DNA of 64,000 nt. Source: Phoronis australis (Eukaryota; Animalia; Phoronida). Under the pieces are notes generated by a model. That model saw only the letters and a program-made list of their open reading frames with translations. It was not told the DNA's origin and ran no database searches. The stretch is from NCBI GenBank assembly GCA_002633005.1, contig NMRA01000253.1, forward strand, positions 383,251-447,250. Reading direction: 5' to 3'. Positions within the stretch are counted from its first letter, which is position 1; each line of letters starts with the position of its first letter. This document shows positions 24,801 through 38,300 of the stretch, in pieces. Position numbers and translations under genes: made by a program.

Positions 24801-27800
24801 CTTATAAAAACGTGTTGTTTTATTTTGCTCTTGGCGGATTTATTGGTATTTGGACACACCGTAGCCTACAAAGTTCGGCAGGCCAATAAGGTCCATAGCA
24901 GGAGTTTGGGGTCTGCTCGGAGATAATTTCGAAGTATTTTCCGTGAGATACAGACAGGAGAACCTAGATCTGTGTTGTTTAGACTTGCGATTTTTTATTT
25001 CTAAACACAAAACGCTTGTTATCCTGGCCAGTGGCTCGGAGCCCGACCAGGCCCGTCGCGGCCGGGCCGGATTGACTCGTTATCCCGGCCAGTGGCTCGG
25101 AAACTGATCAGACATCACGAACATAAACCTGCCAAAGTTCAGTGGAAACTAAACTTCCAGTCAAGAAAGTACTATACTAGTGAGCCAAAGTAATGTGCAC
25201 CTGATTATGTTGGTGAATTAGCCACGAAACTGCAAATCTACATGTAGTTACTCGTCGGGGGCAGCGCCGCTTTGGCCACAGCACCGTCAGGACAGACGTT
25301 GTACATTGACAATCATTATTTGAGTAATGTAAAAGGAAATAAAGATTCCCCCAACACCTGACTGTGGGATGGAAATCGAGTTGTTTCACAACAGTTTCTG
25401 CCAGCAAACACTAAATAAGCATGAGCTCACACGGCCTCGGTGTCCCGTCAATTAGTTTTTATTGCACCTAAAGCCGGTAACGCAGTGATTTATTCATTGC
25501 TGGCTTCTCAAATCATTTGCACTCACGAACACTCCAAAGGCATTACAAATTGCATCTAATGAGACAGACTTTGTTTCAGTTTTATATATGTATTGGTTAG
25601 GGTGAGAATAATTCATTTTGAAACAGAACGCTCAGTAATAAACGCCAACGTGGCAACTCGCAATCCCGACTTAGGACGAGCTAGAGCTCATCAGTCCCGA
25701 CTTCGCAGGTGGATCGTTTTAACTTAAAAGTTTTACAGGCTATCAATTAGAACAGGAATACAGTGATGAAGAAATACTAGAGAGACGCCGTGAACAAGCT
25801 CAGACAACGGAACATATAGAGTTATTTGATAAGCTGGCATTTGTCAGGCACTGTCGACGTCTGCAGGCCACACACACGGAGATGTTTCACGGCCTCATAT
25901 ACTTGCTATTTACAGCGTACATATCATTTTTCAATAGCATGAGCCACTTCCTAAGCATTTCGGACTTTCGAGGAAGTAAAAATGCGATATACCGGCCTCC
26001 CGTTCAGTAACGCTAGGACCTCGCTAAAAAGCAAGACTTCGCGAGATTACGTGAGATATTGCCGTGCATTTTGAATGAGAACACGTGACTTTGACTAGGT
26101 TTTAGCTAGGTCCTAGCGTAGGTCCTAGCGTTTACTGAACGCACGCCCGCTTACCTCGCAGCTGCTTAGTTCGGACATGCGGGAACGATGCACTGCAACA
26201 TAGCGGCATTCACTCTGCATATGAACCACTGACGTCGCTAGCGTCGTTTCTCACCTTCCTCACACGTTAACGCGACACCTCTTGGCAAGGTAAGGTCGAC
26301 CGTATGCGAGGCGATGTGGATATAGACCGATTAAAACGGCAAAAAAGAATAATTAAATCGGGTGGCATTCTCCTTTAAATATTCAACCATTTATCGAGTG
26401 TTACATGTAGCTCCGCCAGCAGATCGTTGGACTGCGATTGGCTGGGCGACCTCTATGTTCGAGTATGCGCTGAGGCCGATTTCAGGAAACCTTTTTTCTT
26501 GCCGAAAGTGTTGCTTGAACAAAGAATAATTCCATGCTACTCTGCTGATTTGTTTAGTAGATATAAAGGCGGAATGAAACATGAATACTGAACATGACGG
26601 GCGTTTGTGTTTCCAGCGAAAGTACAAGCGAAAATGCTAGGGTTTAGGCTATTTGTGTATGAAGACCTGAAGTAGTACAAAAATGGGCAAGTGCCGCTCT
26701 CTTCGAGCGCCTATTCTAACAAACTAACTGAAGTTCACTTCCGATTTAACTCTAATACCTGTTTTTAGTTTTGACTTTTAAAAGACGAATCTTATATTAA
26801 AATCTTAAGAGTGCTTTATGTTTCGGTGTTAATCTCGCCGTGTATTAAATCGATCTAAGTTTTCAAAATGGCCGCCATTATACACAAATAATCTTTTTTT
26901 CAACAGCTTTATAAAAGCGGTCTCGGGCCAGATTTAACTTTTTTTATTAAACCACAGTTGCACGGGACCTGGTTCCCCTGTACTCAAAATTGGTTTCGAA
27001 GCTTGACCACCCGCATGGCATACTTCAAATAAACATGCACGTATGTATATTACTAGATTACTACCGTATAACTTCTTAATTTCGAGTGCTTACTCTGATA
27101 TTACCGTAGTTGTCCAGCGGACCGGCATCCTTCAAGTTCCAGGAATTCTCTAACCAACAGCATCAGGCATACTGAGTCTTATGATTTTTTATGACACTTG
27201 GAAACTGACAGAGGCCATCGCAGACTCGTGTGCTGTGTGAATTAGGTGCGCGCACTTTGCATTTTAGCACTAGCTTTTTTTTGAATTGTGACCTCTTCGC
27301 AATGTCTTACTTTTGATCTCCGTTTACTCATGCATTTTAAACTAAGATGCCGAAATGCCAGCTTCCTTTGAGCTTACATTCTGTAGTTCAGAAGTCGCCA
27401 ATCAAGAAGAGATTAAAAAGGTAAAATTAATGACCTAGCTTCATGTACACTGTACTCTATTAACAAAACCTGAAAACAGGGACAAAAATCGTGCAAAGCA
27501 CTATAACTGTAAGATAACATGTTTGTTACGGTGGCATATTTTTCAAACTGGGTTAATAACGGCGAACAAAGAGAATGCCAGTGTTTAAAATGCAAACTAA
27601 AATACGCTTATGTATGCTTACATGCGGTCGTCACGGTAGTTGGTGTCGTGGTTGTCTCTGAAAAGAAGATGTTTCGAAAAAATAATACAAGTTAGGAGTT
27701 TTGAGCACTAAGATCACTGGGGGCGACACTAAAACCTGTCATCTAGCACTGTTGTAAATTAAAATATTAACACTTGGACTTCAACGGCTTCCAACATAGT

Positions 27801-29940
27801 TTTGATATTTCTCACTTTTCTAAATATTTCCTCTCGTGTGATGGCGATGCGAAGGAAGTTTACCGCCTAATCCTGTAGGAGCACTTCGATTAAAACAGGG
27901 AAATTGCTACATGGGTTAACTATGACAGTAAACAGGATTTTTCGAACATACATGTAATATTTTGGGTCGTCTGACAATTTTCATCTTTTCACGTGTAGTC
28001 ATAAGGCAAGCTTTCGCTCACTGTGAATACAGGGTATCTATAAAGATAGCCCACTTTAGACGGTGCACACATCAATAATAGATTTAAACACTTTTACGAC
28101 CTGGAGTGCGCGTTCAGCGAGTATTTGCAACACTTGGCAAACCTTGTCGTTTTAGTGACTCAGAGAAACCCGCATTCTGGCCAATGGCAAATGCTCACGT
28201 TTGCCAGTCATGTAAGTGTGCAATTTTAACAGTTACATTCAAATGAAATAAGAAACCCGGAATAGTTCCGGATATGTCGCCATGTTGTAAACACGTTTGG
28301 AATGGAATTTTCTGTAGAACAGCGATCAGACTGAGCAGACTTAGCGAAAGTCATTAATACATTGTAAGTTGCCATCAAGAATAAGTTAGATTAAGTCTTT
28401 GTTTGACACTGCATTTGGGTTGAGTCTGCCACCTACGGTGTTAACATACTGGAAAAATTGATTACTTAGTTAGTACATTATAACCAGTTAGCTAAGTCCT
28501 TTTAACAAGATAGTGAACAGTTTCAACGAGATAATCGCCATTTTTTTCAGTTGACCCTAATGTTCCGCCGTTAATGCATGTTTTGAAAAAAAGAAACATG
28601 AACTGAATGAGATGTACGGATATTACTCACGGCAAAGTCCACAGAATGCGGCACAGTTTGCTCTTGCCCAAGGCTCGTAACTCCCCGAGCAGGCTGATTG
28701 GCCGTAGTTCTTGCAATCGCTACGTTCGTCTTTACAAGCTATTAATTAAACGTGTGCATAACGTTAGACATCAATGCCCTCGATCACCAAAGTTACATTA
28801 CTCGAGAATTAAGGAATAAACAGAGTGGTAAATTCCAAACTGCTTGCAGACAACAAAAACGCATTTAACCAAAAGTACCCGAAGTTTTCATTCTCAGATT
28901 TCGAAGAAAACGTGAACACCAAAAACTCCTCAGTACTACTACACGCTATGATCTTTAAAGAGTACTTCAGTATATATATCATACAATGCCAGGGAGTTCA
29001 ATAAATGTGCCTTTATTATTGATAAATTAAATTGGATATACAAAATATACACGTCGTGCTTTATCCGTAAACGACAATCATCATTTTACCGCCTCCGTTA
29101 TTGCTGGAAAACTCAAATTCGTTGACTGGACGACAGCAAATTTTCCTCTAGTAAAATCAGCTTCATATTATTATTCTTTCCAGTGTTTGAATTCTATCAT
29201 TTTTTGTTACTAATAAGAGCATCGGAACCACCTACGAAATTATTGCAATTTGTGTGATAGACGTAATAATTCATGTTCGGGTGGGCGTGTTAATGGTTAT
29301 TAGTTTAAGAACAAAGTGCTTCGGTTATGAATGCAACGTTTAAAGCCAGACAGGGATGAAATGCAACTTAAAACATAGCTTTACCAGAAGTACACAGTAT
29401 CTCAGCATGTTAACATACATGTAGCTGCTTGTTACTGGGACGTAAAGTAGGGGAGTAAGATCTGTTTACTGACGATCGACTCAATCGAGTGGAAGTAAAC
29501 ATACAGTGTACAGTATCTGTATCTAGTCCTATATCACCGAGAGTTCCGCGGGTTAAAACTTCAAGAGTTCTCATTCTTGTCAAAAGTTTTTTAGTTGGAG
29601 TCTAATTCAAAACCATGACATGCTAATCGTAAAGGTTAAAACTTTTTTCGTTTGAATCCAATTCAAAACCATGAAACGCTAATCTTCCACGTAGTGCATA
29701 TTTTCTAACATTACACATGACAAATAGTACAAGATTGCGATCAACGAATCTTTAAGTAGAATGTACTTACATCCAGTCCCCACAGCCGGCGCTATTGTGC
29801 CTGGAAACAGACAATTAGTTACACAAAGTGGAAAGAGGATTTCGGTGGCAATTACTCAAGGCGTATCACTGCCTTAACCGTTCTTGCAACACCTTTGCAG
29901 CCCTATCTCAGCCTGTAGGCATGATGAAACATTAACGAAC

Positions 29941-29983
<43 letters not shown>

Positions 29984-32900
29984 NNNNNNNNNNNNNNNNN
30001 NNNNNNNNNNNNNCACACACACACACACTCGCACACGCCCACGCACACGCACACACACACACACACACCCATGAGATACAAATTATTTCATCTCCACACG
30101 TTAACGACGTTGAATGCTACTTTAGAGCGTTGGTTTCAATATAGGAGAAATAGGTGGAATGAGAGAAAACCAGCAGTTTACTGAGTTGAAGCAGTCACGT
30201 GGTTTAGCCAGATAATGTTCTATTTCACAACATGGTTTGGAAAATGTCGATCTGATTATGCTGAGGTTTGTGACCCCTTTGTAGAGTTGATTTTTGGAGA
30301 GCTAATCGAGTGGAAAAGCTGTTTTAATTTAAATGCAGCTTTCTTAATTCAGTGTGTTCTCTCCAGGATTTAATTAGAGCGATAGAAACAACACAATGTC
30401 AATAGCAACACTCAACAAAGGGAAGACCAACGCGTTGTGTTTTGGTTAATCGCTTGCAAAAAATGATGCTGATAAGAACTTCTAAAAACTATTGAAGATT
30501 CAGACAGCAGTGGGCACTAGAGTGACGCGAGTGACAGCGGTGACTAAACTTCTGACACCGCAAAGCACAGTATAGAGGCGATTGAAAAACCAATCAATCT
30601 AGTTTAAGCACATCGAAAATGAGCGCCGACGTGTCCTGGCAGACCCTTGAAATGCCTGATAAGAACGCTGAAGTTTTAAATCAGGGATCCAAAGACAACC
30701 GGTAACCAAAATTGCATTCTGTTTACTGCTAAGCTCTGTGTAGGTATTTAGGGAAGATAACCGTAGTCAAGTGTTAAAAATTACAATCCGAGTGCGATTT
30801 TCAATTAGTTAATATTACAAACGTCAAAATTTAATTTGAAAATCCACTACACGTGCCCTTGCGCTTACCGTGAGGATCGTAGCAGTAACCACAATATTTA
30901 GCGCACCTTTGTCGTGCCCAAGGCTCGTAATCACCGCCACAACTACCTTTCCCGTAGGCATTGCAGTTGCTTAGCTCATCCTTACACACTGCAAGGTGCA
31001 GGAATAACAGAAACACACGGATTACAATAAAGCAAACAACCAGACGAGACTGCAAGAGCGGTGTCACCGGCAATGTAAATTCTATCAGACAGTGAAAGAT
31101 TGTCTAGCTTTTTTCCACATGACTCGTTCATCATGTTCAAAGACATCGAGCAAAAATCAACAAACGTCAAAGTGGAACGTGGCCTGAGATTACAAATTTT
31201 GGCAAGAGTGACGCAAAATTTAATGCTTCAAGCACGAGCTGAGGTGAGTGAGCAAGTGCGTGACGTGAAATCAAATGCTGTGATTAGTCAAATTTTTGAA
31301 TGATTGTTTGCCAATTTGCTCATTTGACGTCAGGTGAAGACGTACTTGTGACAGGGAATTAGGAGCATACGCTTACATGTAAAACACTTAAGTAAAACAG
31401 ATAGTAGGACAGCGAAAGAAGACTACATGTAATCTGTTACAATATAGAAGATGTTGGCGTGTGCCCTTGTGACATTAATTAGCAAATAAATAATACGAAT
31501 TGTGATAAACACACGAAAAAAAACACGGTACACGTACATGTAGATATCCGCATACATGAAATTTATGCGAAAACTTGAGTAAATTATTTTATATGAAAAA
31601 CGTGTTTTTGGATATAGTGCCACGGTTCTAAATACGGCCATAAACGGTAATCGGTTAAAAACAAGTCTTGTATTCCAGTGCTCTTTGAATAGACTTCAAA
31701 CATTAAAATATCACATCTACACCGGTCAAACAGTCTCGTTTAAAACAACAGGAAAGACAATAAACTACCTACAGAAAAGCGCTTTGCCTTAGCACAGACT
31801 AAACGTTGTTGTCAGACAGTTTATCATTGATGTATGTTATATCACACACGTCTAGATACGCACGTCCAATACCCGTGTCACGTGTCCGTCCAATAATCTA
31901 GAACGTTAGTGACGGGGTGATTGAACGGGATTTAGCGAGTTTTGACTAGTCGGTGTATTAAGTCAAATGTGTACGAATCCATAGAGTTTAACTAGGTAAA
32001 ACTATATAATTTCTGAAAGTAGGAAGTATATATATTATTTGATTCTTGACTTTATGCCAATGTGCTGTTCTTTGGATCAGGTGACCGTGTCTTAGTAAAA
32101 TTTAGCAAAAGCGAACGATACATCCAAAGCAAAATAACGTTCATGATGAAATCTCAAAAACACTTTTACAGTTTTCTAAAATTAGCATTTAGTGTTCGTC
32201 TAGCAGAACGTCAGAGTTTTTTAGGAACTCGTGCAATTCCAACTTTGGTAGCCTCTCATCAAAAAAGGAAAATTCAGTTCGCTTTTAATCTGCTATAGAA
32301 GACGAAACAATTGATTTCAAGGATTGCTCGTACTTATAGTCAGAAAATCCCCCAAAACACCATGAAAAATACAGAGTATCTCACAGCTTAAGGAATGTTG
32401 CTAAGCATAATTGTTCAAACCTGGTGGCACAGATGTCGTTGTTGTTGTCACGCCAGTACAGTATCCGCAGGTTAAAGCGCACTTATCCCTTGCCCATGGT
32501 TCATAGTCGCCAACACAAGCCGACGCAGGATAGTCCTTGCAGTCATTTCGTTTGTCTTCACACTTAGCTACTACACAAGCAGGATAAGCACATTGAAATC
32601 AAGCTTCGGCAAGCAAAAGCCAGAACAAGCGGTGAAGACGACAAAGTAACATCTACGTGACTGTGATAAGTATTTTGAATGTTGAACACTAGCCAAGATG
32701 GCAACTCTTTTTCGGAATATAGGACGCTAAAATGTCTGAACTTGATAACTTACAATCCAAAAATAGCGATAGCTAACTGTTGCTGCACCACATATCTCCC
32801 GGCAGTGTCAGCTTGCGTTGAAATGACTTTTGTTAAGTCTAAGTTGTTAGATTAAGAAGCCGCTTTGTAACACTAACGAAGTTGTATTTTTCTGGTGCTT

Positions 32901-35280
32901 GAAGCGTAGAAAGGCGTCGATTAACTTTAGAGGGGTATACATGTAAAGAGGGCTGATCATCATTGTGTTGGCTACTGCCACGAAGTAGTCTCATTAAGTT
33001 AAAATGGCGGTGTCATCAAAATCGTTATTTGTATGATGTTCTTTATAGGCACAGGACGCAGCTTTGGAAGTAATGGAAAACCCTCATTACGTGGAGGTTA
33101 ACTGACCTGGAGGTGGCGCAGTCGTTGTTGTCGTATCCGCTGTGCAGTAACCACAGGTGAGCGCACACTTGTCGCGCGCCCATGGCTCGTAGTCCCCAAT
33201 GCAACCTGACGTGCCGTATCCGTCACAATTATCAAGTTTGTCTGCACATGTTTCTGCCAAAAAAGAAAAAAAGTAGTATCTGCATAACAACAGGCAGGAG
33301 AAGGTGTACAGGTTCAGGTACTTTCATAATTCCAAAGTCTCGTTGTGTAGAGGTTTTCTGAAACGGAGCTCTCATTTTTGCTGGGCGTCTATGGGTAGAC
33401 CTACAACATGACTTGTTCGTAGTGCAGACATGAAAATGTTAAGATGATATGTAATACCTTTTGGTTTTGTTACGGCTGGTTTGCAGTATTGGCACGTAAG
33501 AAGACAATTCTCTCTCGCCCATGGCTCGTAATCTCCTGTGCAAGATGCGGTTCCGTAAGCTTTGCAATTGTCAATCTTGTCTTTGCAGTCTGAAAATAAA
33601 TCATATATCAAGTCAAGGGTCGGCGAAAACGGAACAAGATGAGTATATAGCATGCTTATTTGATTCGAGGCTCCCGTTTTGTGACAAAAATATAATAAAA
33701 ACATTCTCTTAATGTTGTTGTATCAAAAATGGAATGATCAAGCTTGTAATCTGAAAGCGTTTAGCTTTTCCCAGATGTTTAACTAATTGTTGTGAGTAGA
33801 AGGCCTGCAATAGGAGCAGTACTATTTGCTACTCCTGAAGCTTATCAACTTGCTGTCCAAATTATCAATCCTTATAATGAACCGTGAAGACCGCCAATAA
33901 AACTACGCACCTGCAGGATCGATTGGTTTGACATCATCTGTAATTAATAGAGGTACTTATTACTGAGGTGTATTTAAATAGACAAATTTGCTTTTGATAT
34001 AGGTGCATTCACTAAATTGACAAAAAAATTACATCGCTCTTTATTGGAAACCTTTTTCGTTCACTTTAAAACCGTAATAATTTAATATCAGACGATACCA
34101 AGAGAACAAAACACCCATTAGATACAATAATGCACTAGATGACAAATCATCCAATCTTGTTTTGCGTCACGTCCCTAATAACTTCTCCAACACGAAAGTC
34201 CATCGTCTGATTGTAATCGCGATATCTCGCGGAGACCTGGGTGACTGCGTCAGATGTATCCTTATTGAACACACACAAAACTGAATTAGCTATTTTACCA
34301 CAATATCCACAAAACTTCGGGCAATTCTCCAGAGCCCAAGGCTTGTAACTTCCAAAGCAGACGTCACTCTTGCTGTACTGGTTACACGTAGTAATTTTAT
34401 CGTCACATTCTGAAATAACGTATTGCAGGCTCTATTTTCACCAACTCCATAGTAAATAGCACTCTATGTTAATCTACAGAGGAGCCAAAGGTGGTTTAGA
34501 TGTCCACGTTAAAGTGAGAATGAAAGCGGTAGAGGGTCGACGCGTTACCACTTACTTGAATGTATTAAAATTGCTAGTTTGGATTATCTATAGAACGTAA
34601 ATTTCAACTTTTTTAGAGAAGTTAATCGGATTTGTCGATGGTGCATTATGTAGACGCAGTGAACTTGTGAAGAGCTTGCGGTAAGAAATCTTCGCTCATG
34701 GAGTGGAAACAGTGAATAATATCCCACCATTTAACGTTCTAACCTCACGGACCAATCACATGAGTGCCCTCCAATTTGTCAGGATACGCCAGGAAGCCCG
34801 GGAGCTTTCCAAAGTAATTTTGATGGCTTTTCCGCGAGTTTCTTGCACTTACGAAACGAACTCTTGGATGCTTTAGTTCACAGCGCAACTTCAAATAGAT
34901 TGACATTAACGGAGGTTTGCGTTTCGTAGACCCAAACAGACAATCACGCTTGCATCGTTTAACGACTTCAATGCATCGTCTTGCGTTTTCACGAGTTGCT
35001 TGCGTCTAAGGGAGGCAGGCAGTGTTACTACAATGCAGTGATCTACATGTCCACCCCTAGTGACGTGTTGCCCTGGTCTGGATATCAGTAGCAAAGCGAT
35101 CTTGGAGAGTGTCCGGAAATTGTTTTTGTGTTGTTTTACTTGACACTGTGTTATCCTGACTAATTGTAGAACAGTCGGAACAAACACCACTTTGGAAGTC
35201 ACCGACTGTGGTGTTCTCAACATCCAACCGACTGAATCTGAGTGTCCGAATAGGATTTCCCTCTGTAGTCTAGTCAGAGA

Positions 35281-35330
<50 letters not shown>

Positions 35331-38300
35331 GGAGAGGGAGAGGGAGAGGGAGAGAGAGAAGGAGAGGATTGCATGTACATCAACATTATCAAAGGAACCG
35401 GGAGCATATGTGAACTGCGCCAGATATATCTTTTTGAATAACACACCAGTCAATTTTTGTGAGGCCCAGCTAAACACTGTTGCAGTATCTATCACCTGTA
35501 CATAATTGAAAAAAGATATTTTATCACTTATTTGAATAGTTGACAGATAAATCATGAAAAGCGGGTGTTTAGTATGAAGGAAGGACGTACGCAGCGCCAC
35601 CAGCGAAGTTAGCGACGGCACAGTGTTGCCCAAGTTCTCTGAACCTTCTACCTACATGTACATGTACAGCCGAGGAATACGTGCTTTTTAATAGAAATTT
35701 ACAAAAAATCACACCTTTTACAAACGAACATGCTTACTTTTGTGCAAACATGCAGCTAGTGTTTCCAATAGACAATGTTCGGGTTCAACACTGGTCGTGT
35801 AGTCCCCGGTACGTTACAGTCCACAAGAGGCAATTTTCTTGATTTCTTAGTTGTTTCCGGTTTTTTAAATGGAATACTCTCGACACCTCTAATCTAATGA
35901 TCAAAGTGTAATACTCGTTGAGGTCTCATTTTCACTAAAGAAATTGCCATTTTTAACCATTTTGCAGTGAAAACCATCGTTCGCTTTGATTTTGTCTTGG
36001 CCTAAGTCATATGTCTAAATCAGGTGAACATACTCCTTCGTCCGATTGGTCAGTAACACTACTTCCATTCAAGCCGGGCGACAATCTAATTACCGAAACA
36101 TTCTTTCTAAGGGTTACGGATTACAAAAAGTGTTCAGCACTATGCGTGCCCCCATCAATTTTTAAAGTGGGTTGCCATGTAAAATTCAATATGTGAAGGT
36201 TATTTATTTACTTGGTGTTGGTTTTTCATTACGTCTTTGTACATCAACTAAAATCACTCATTCGCAGAGGAGCGAGAGCTCAACTATTTATTAAAGTAGG
36301 CAACACCTTTTGGACAGCTAAACTCGTGCCGTTAAAATCTCTTCTGTGAATCTTCTGCTTCAAGTAAAGAATATCGTGTAGAAACGTAATAACTGACAAT
36401 AAATTATGCTTGAGATAGTAATTGGTAACTCAGAATGTCCATAAACAGTGTATCTTGAATTGGAAAACAAATAACACGTACTACAATAGCCACAGAACCG
36501 TTCGCAGTTTGTCCGAGCCCATGCTTCATAGCTTCCGGTACACGCGCCTTTTCCGTAACTGAGACAGTTGTCTAATTTGTCCACACATTGCGCACCTAAA
36601 ATTGTACAGAATAATTACGCAGATTGTTGAAAATTAAATTTAAGATAACTTACTTACGATCAGGAAATCCCAGTGTTCTGTTCATTAGCACTTGCATTAA
36701 AGAAAATGTGCTGTCCCCCACCCACAAACTTTAAAATTAAACAGAACATTTCGTCACCAGTCTGTTAATACTAGGATTGCCGCATACACAATGTTTCAAG
36801 ATTCTATTGATTCAAACTACGGCGTGTTTGGTCGCTTTACCTTATGCAAACTCAAAGTAAATTCCTGTTAGTCCACGTTCGAGTACCCTATGGTTTACGC
36901 ATTCGAATTTCTAGCCACGTGTGCACATGACGAGTAATAGATTCGAGCAAAAACTCGAGGTTGCGACTAAAGCCTTGAAATTTCGAGTTTGGACACGAAT
37001 GTTAAGCCTTGATGCTAGAGTCACCAAGTGCAAACCAGGATTAGACAATTAACAGTTTCAGTAATTATTTTCTCGTGAGTAGAATAATATGCATTGATCC
37101 TGAGTTCGCAAAAAAGTAGAATAGATTAGTGTAATCAAGAAGGTCGAGCTCGAGAGTAAAAAAAGATTACACCCCGGGACCTGATATTACTGATGTTAGG
37201 TTCCCCTACATAAGCAACCGTAGTCGTTTCTAATGAACCGCTTACCTGAATTTATCGAAACCGGCACTTTAGCACCAGGGGAAACTGGACCGGTTCCAAC
37301 TAGAAAATTAAACGATAATTTTAGGAAAACAGTAACCCACTGCTGTAAGACAAGAATAACTTGGCCTTAAGTCGTTCTCTAAAACGAACACAATGTAACA
37401 CAGTGGCGAATCTAGGATACCATAAAGGGTGGCCCAACACGTTTCCTCGGGGAATTGGGCAAAGCGCGATTGCATGTGTACAACCGGACTGAAGGTTGCA
37501 GGGGCCGGGGACGTGGAACCTCTGTTCAGGAAATCAATCGGAGGGCTAAAAAAGTAGAAGAAAGGGGACACGCCGCCGCGGTCTGGGGTCTGAGCCCCCC
37601 CCCCTCATCCGCTACCGGTTCTGGTAACTGAACTCAATATTTCCTCACGCTACAGGATGTTGGTGTTTCGTTTTGCTTGGGGCAGCCAAGGGGGGGGGAG
37701 ATGGGCGGGTCCCCTGGGCCCCCCTAAATCCCCCTATGTAACTGTAGGCCTACGTTTCACGAAAGTACAAAGTGCAAATGTATGCCACTAGAGCCATCTC
37801 CCTCGTTAACGCTTTTTAAAATTTCATTCATTGTTTCTTCTCAGAACTAAATCATAAACATCAGACCCGTAGCACCTGTATTTCCTTACGGAATTTGCAG
37901 ACGACGCGCCATTATGCACATCTGAGCTTCCGGTTATTGAGCAGACGACTTGCTTACCGGAGGTAAAATTTACATCACACCATGCGCCCCTAGAGAACAG
38001 ATACTTTGTGGCCACTAATGTTGGTCGGGGCTTACGCCCAAAATTGACAACAGATTTCGAGCATTGAGAATATTCAAAGTCATGCTTTTAAGATTCGCAG
38101 CATTTCTTTGCGGGAAAGTTAAGATGTATACCCAATCTGTAAATACATGTAGAAGTATTCAGACAATAATGATGCATTGAGAGCCATTTATATATTCCTC
38201 CAGGACTGCAATACAGAAGTGGCCGCGGAAGCTCTGCAATAAGCTCTTTGCATTCAGTGGCGGATCTAGGATATCACAAGGGGGGGCAACATTTTTTCTG

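Noticed and set aside
26155-26192. Exon-like segment with AG and GTAAG boundaries
   Set aside because: 38 nt is not frame-preserving, and it abuts a MITE end.
19419-36595. CRISPR-like or satellite array from the recurring GCCCA(T/A)GGCTC motif
   Set aside because: These are EPWA codons of ShK exons, irregularly spaced across introns in a eukaryotic gene.
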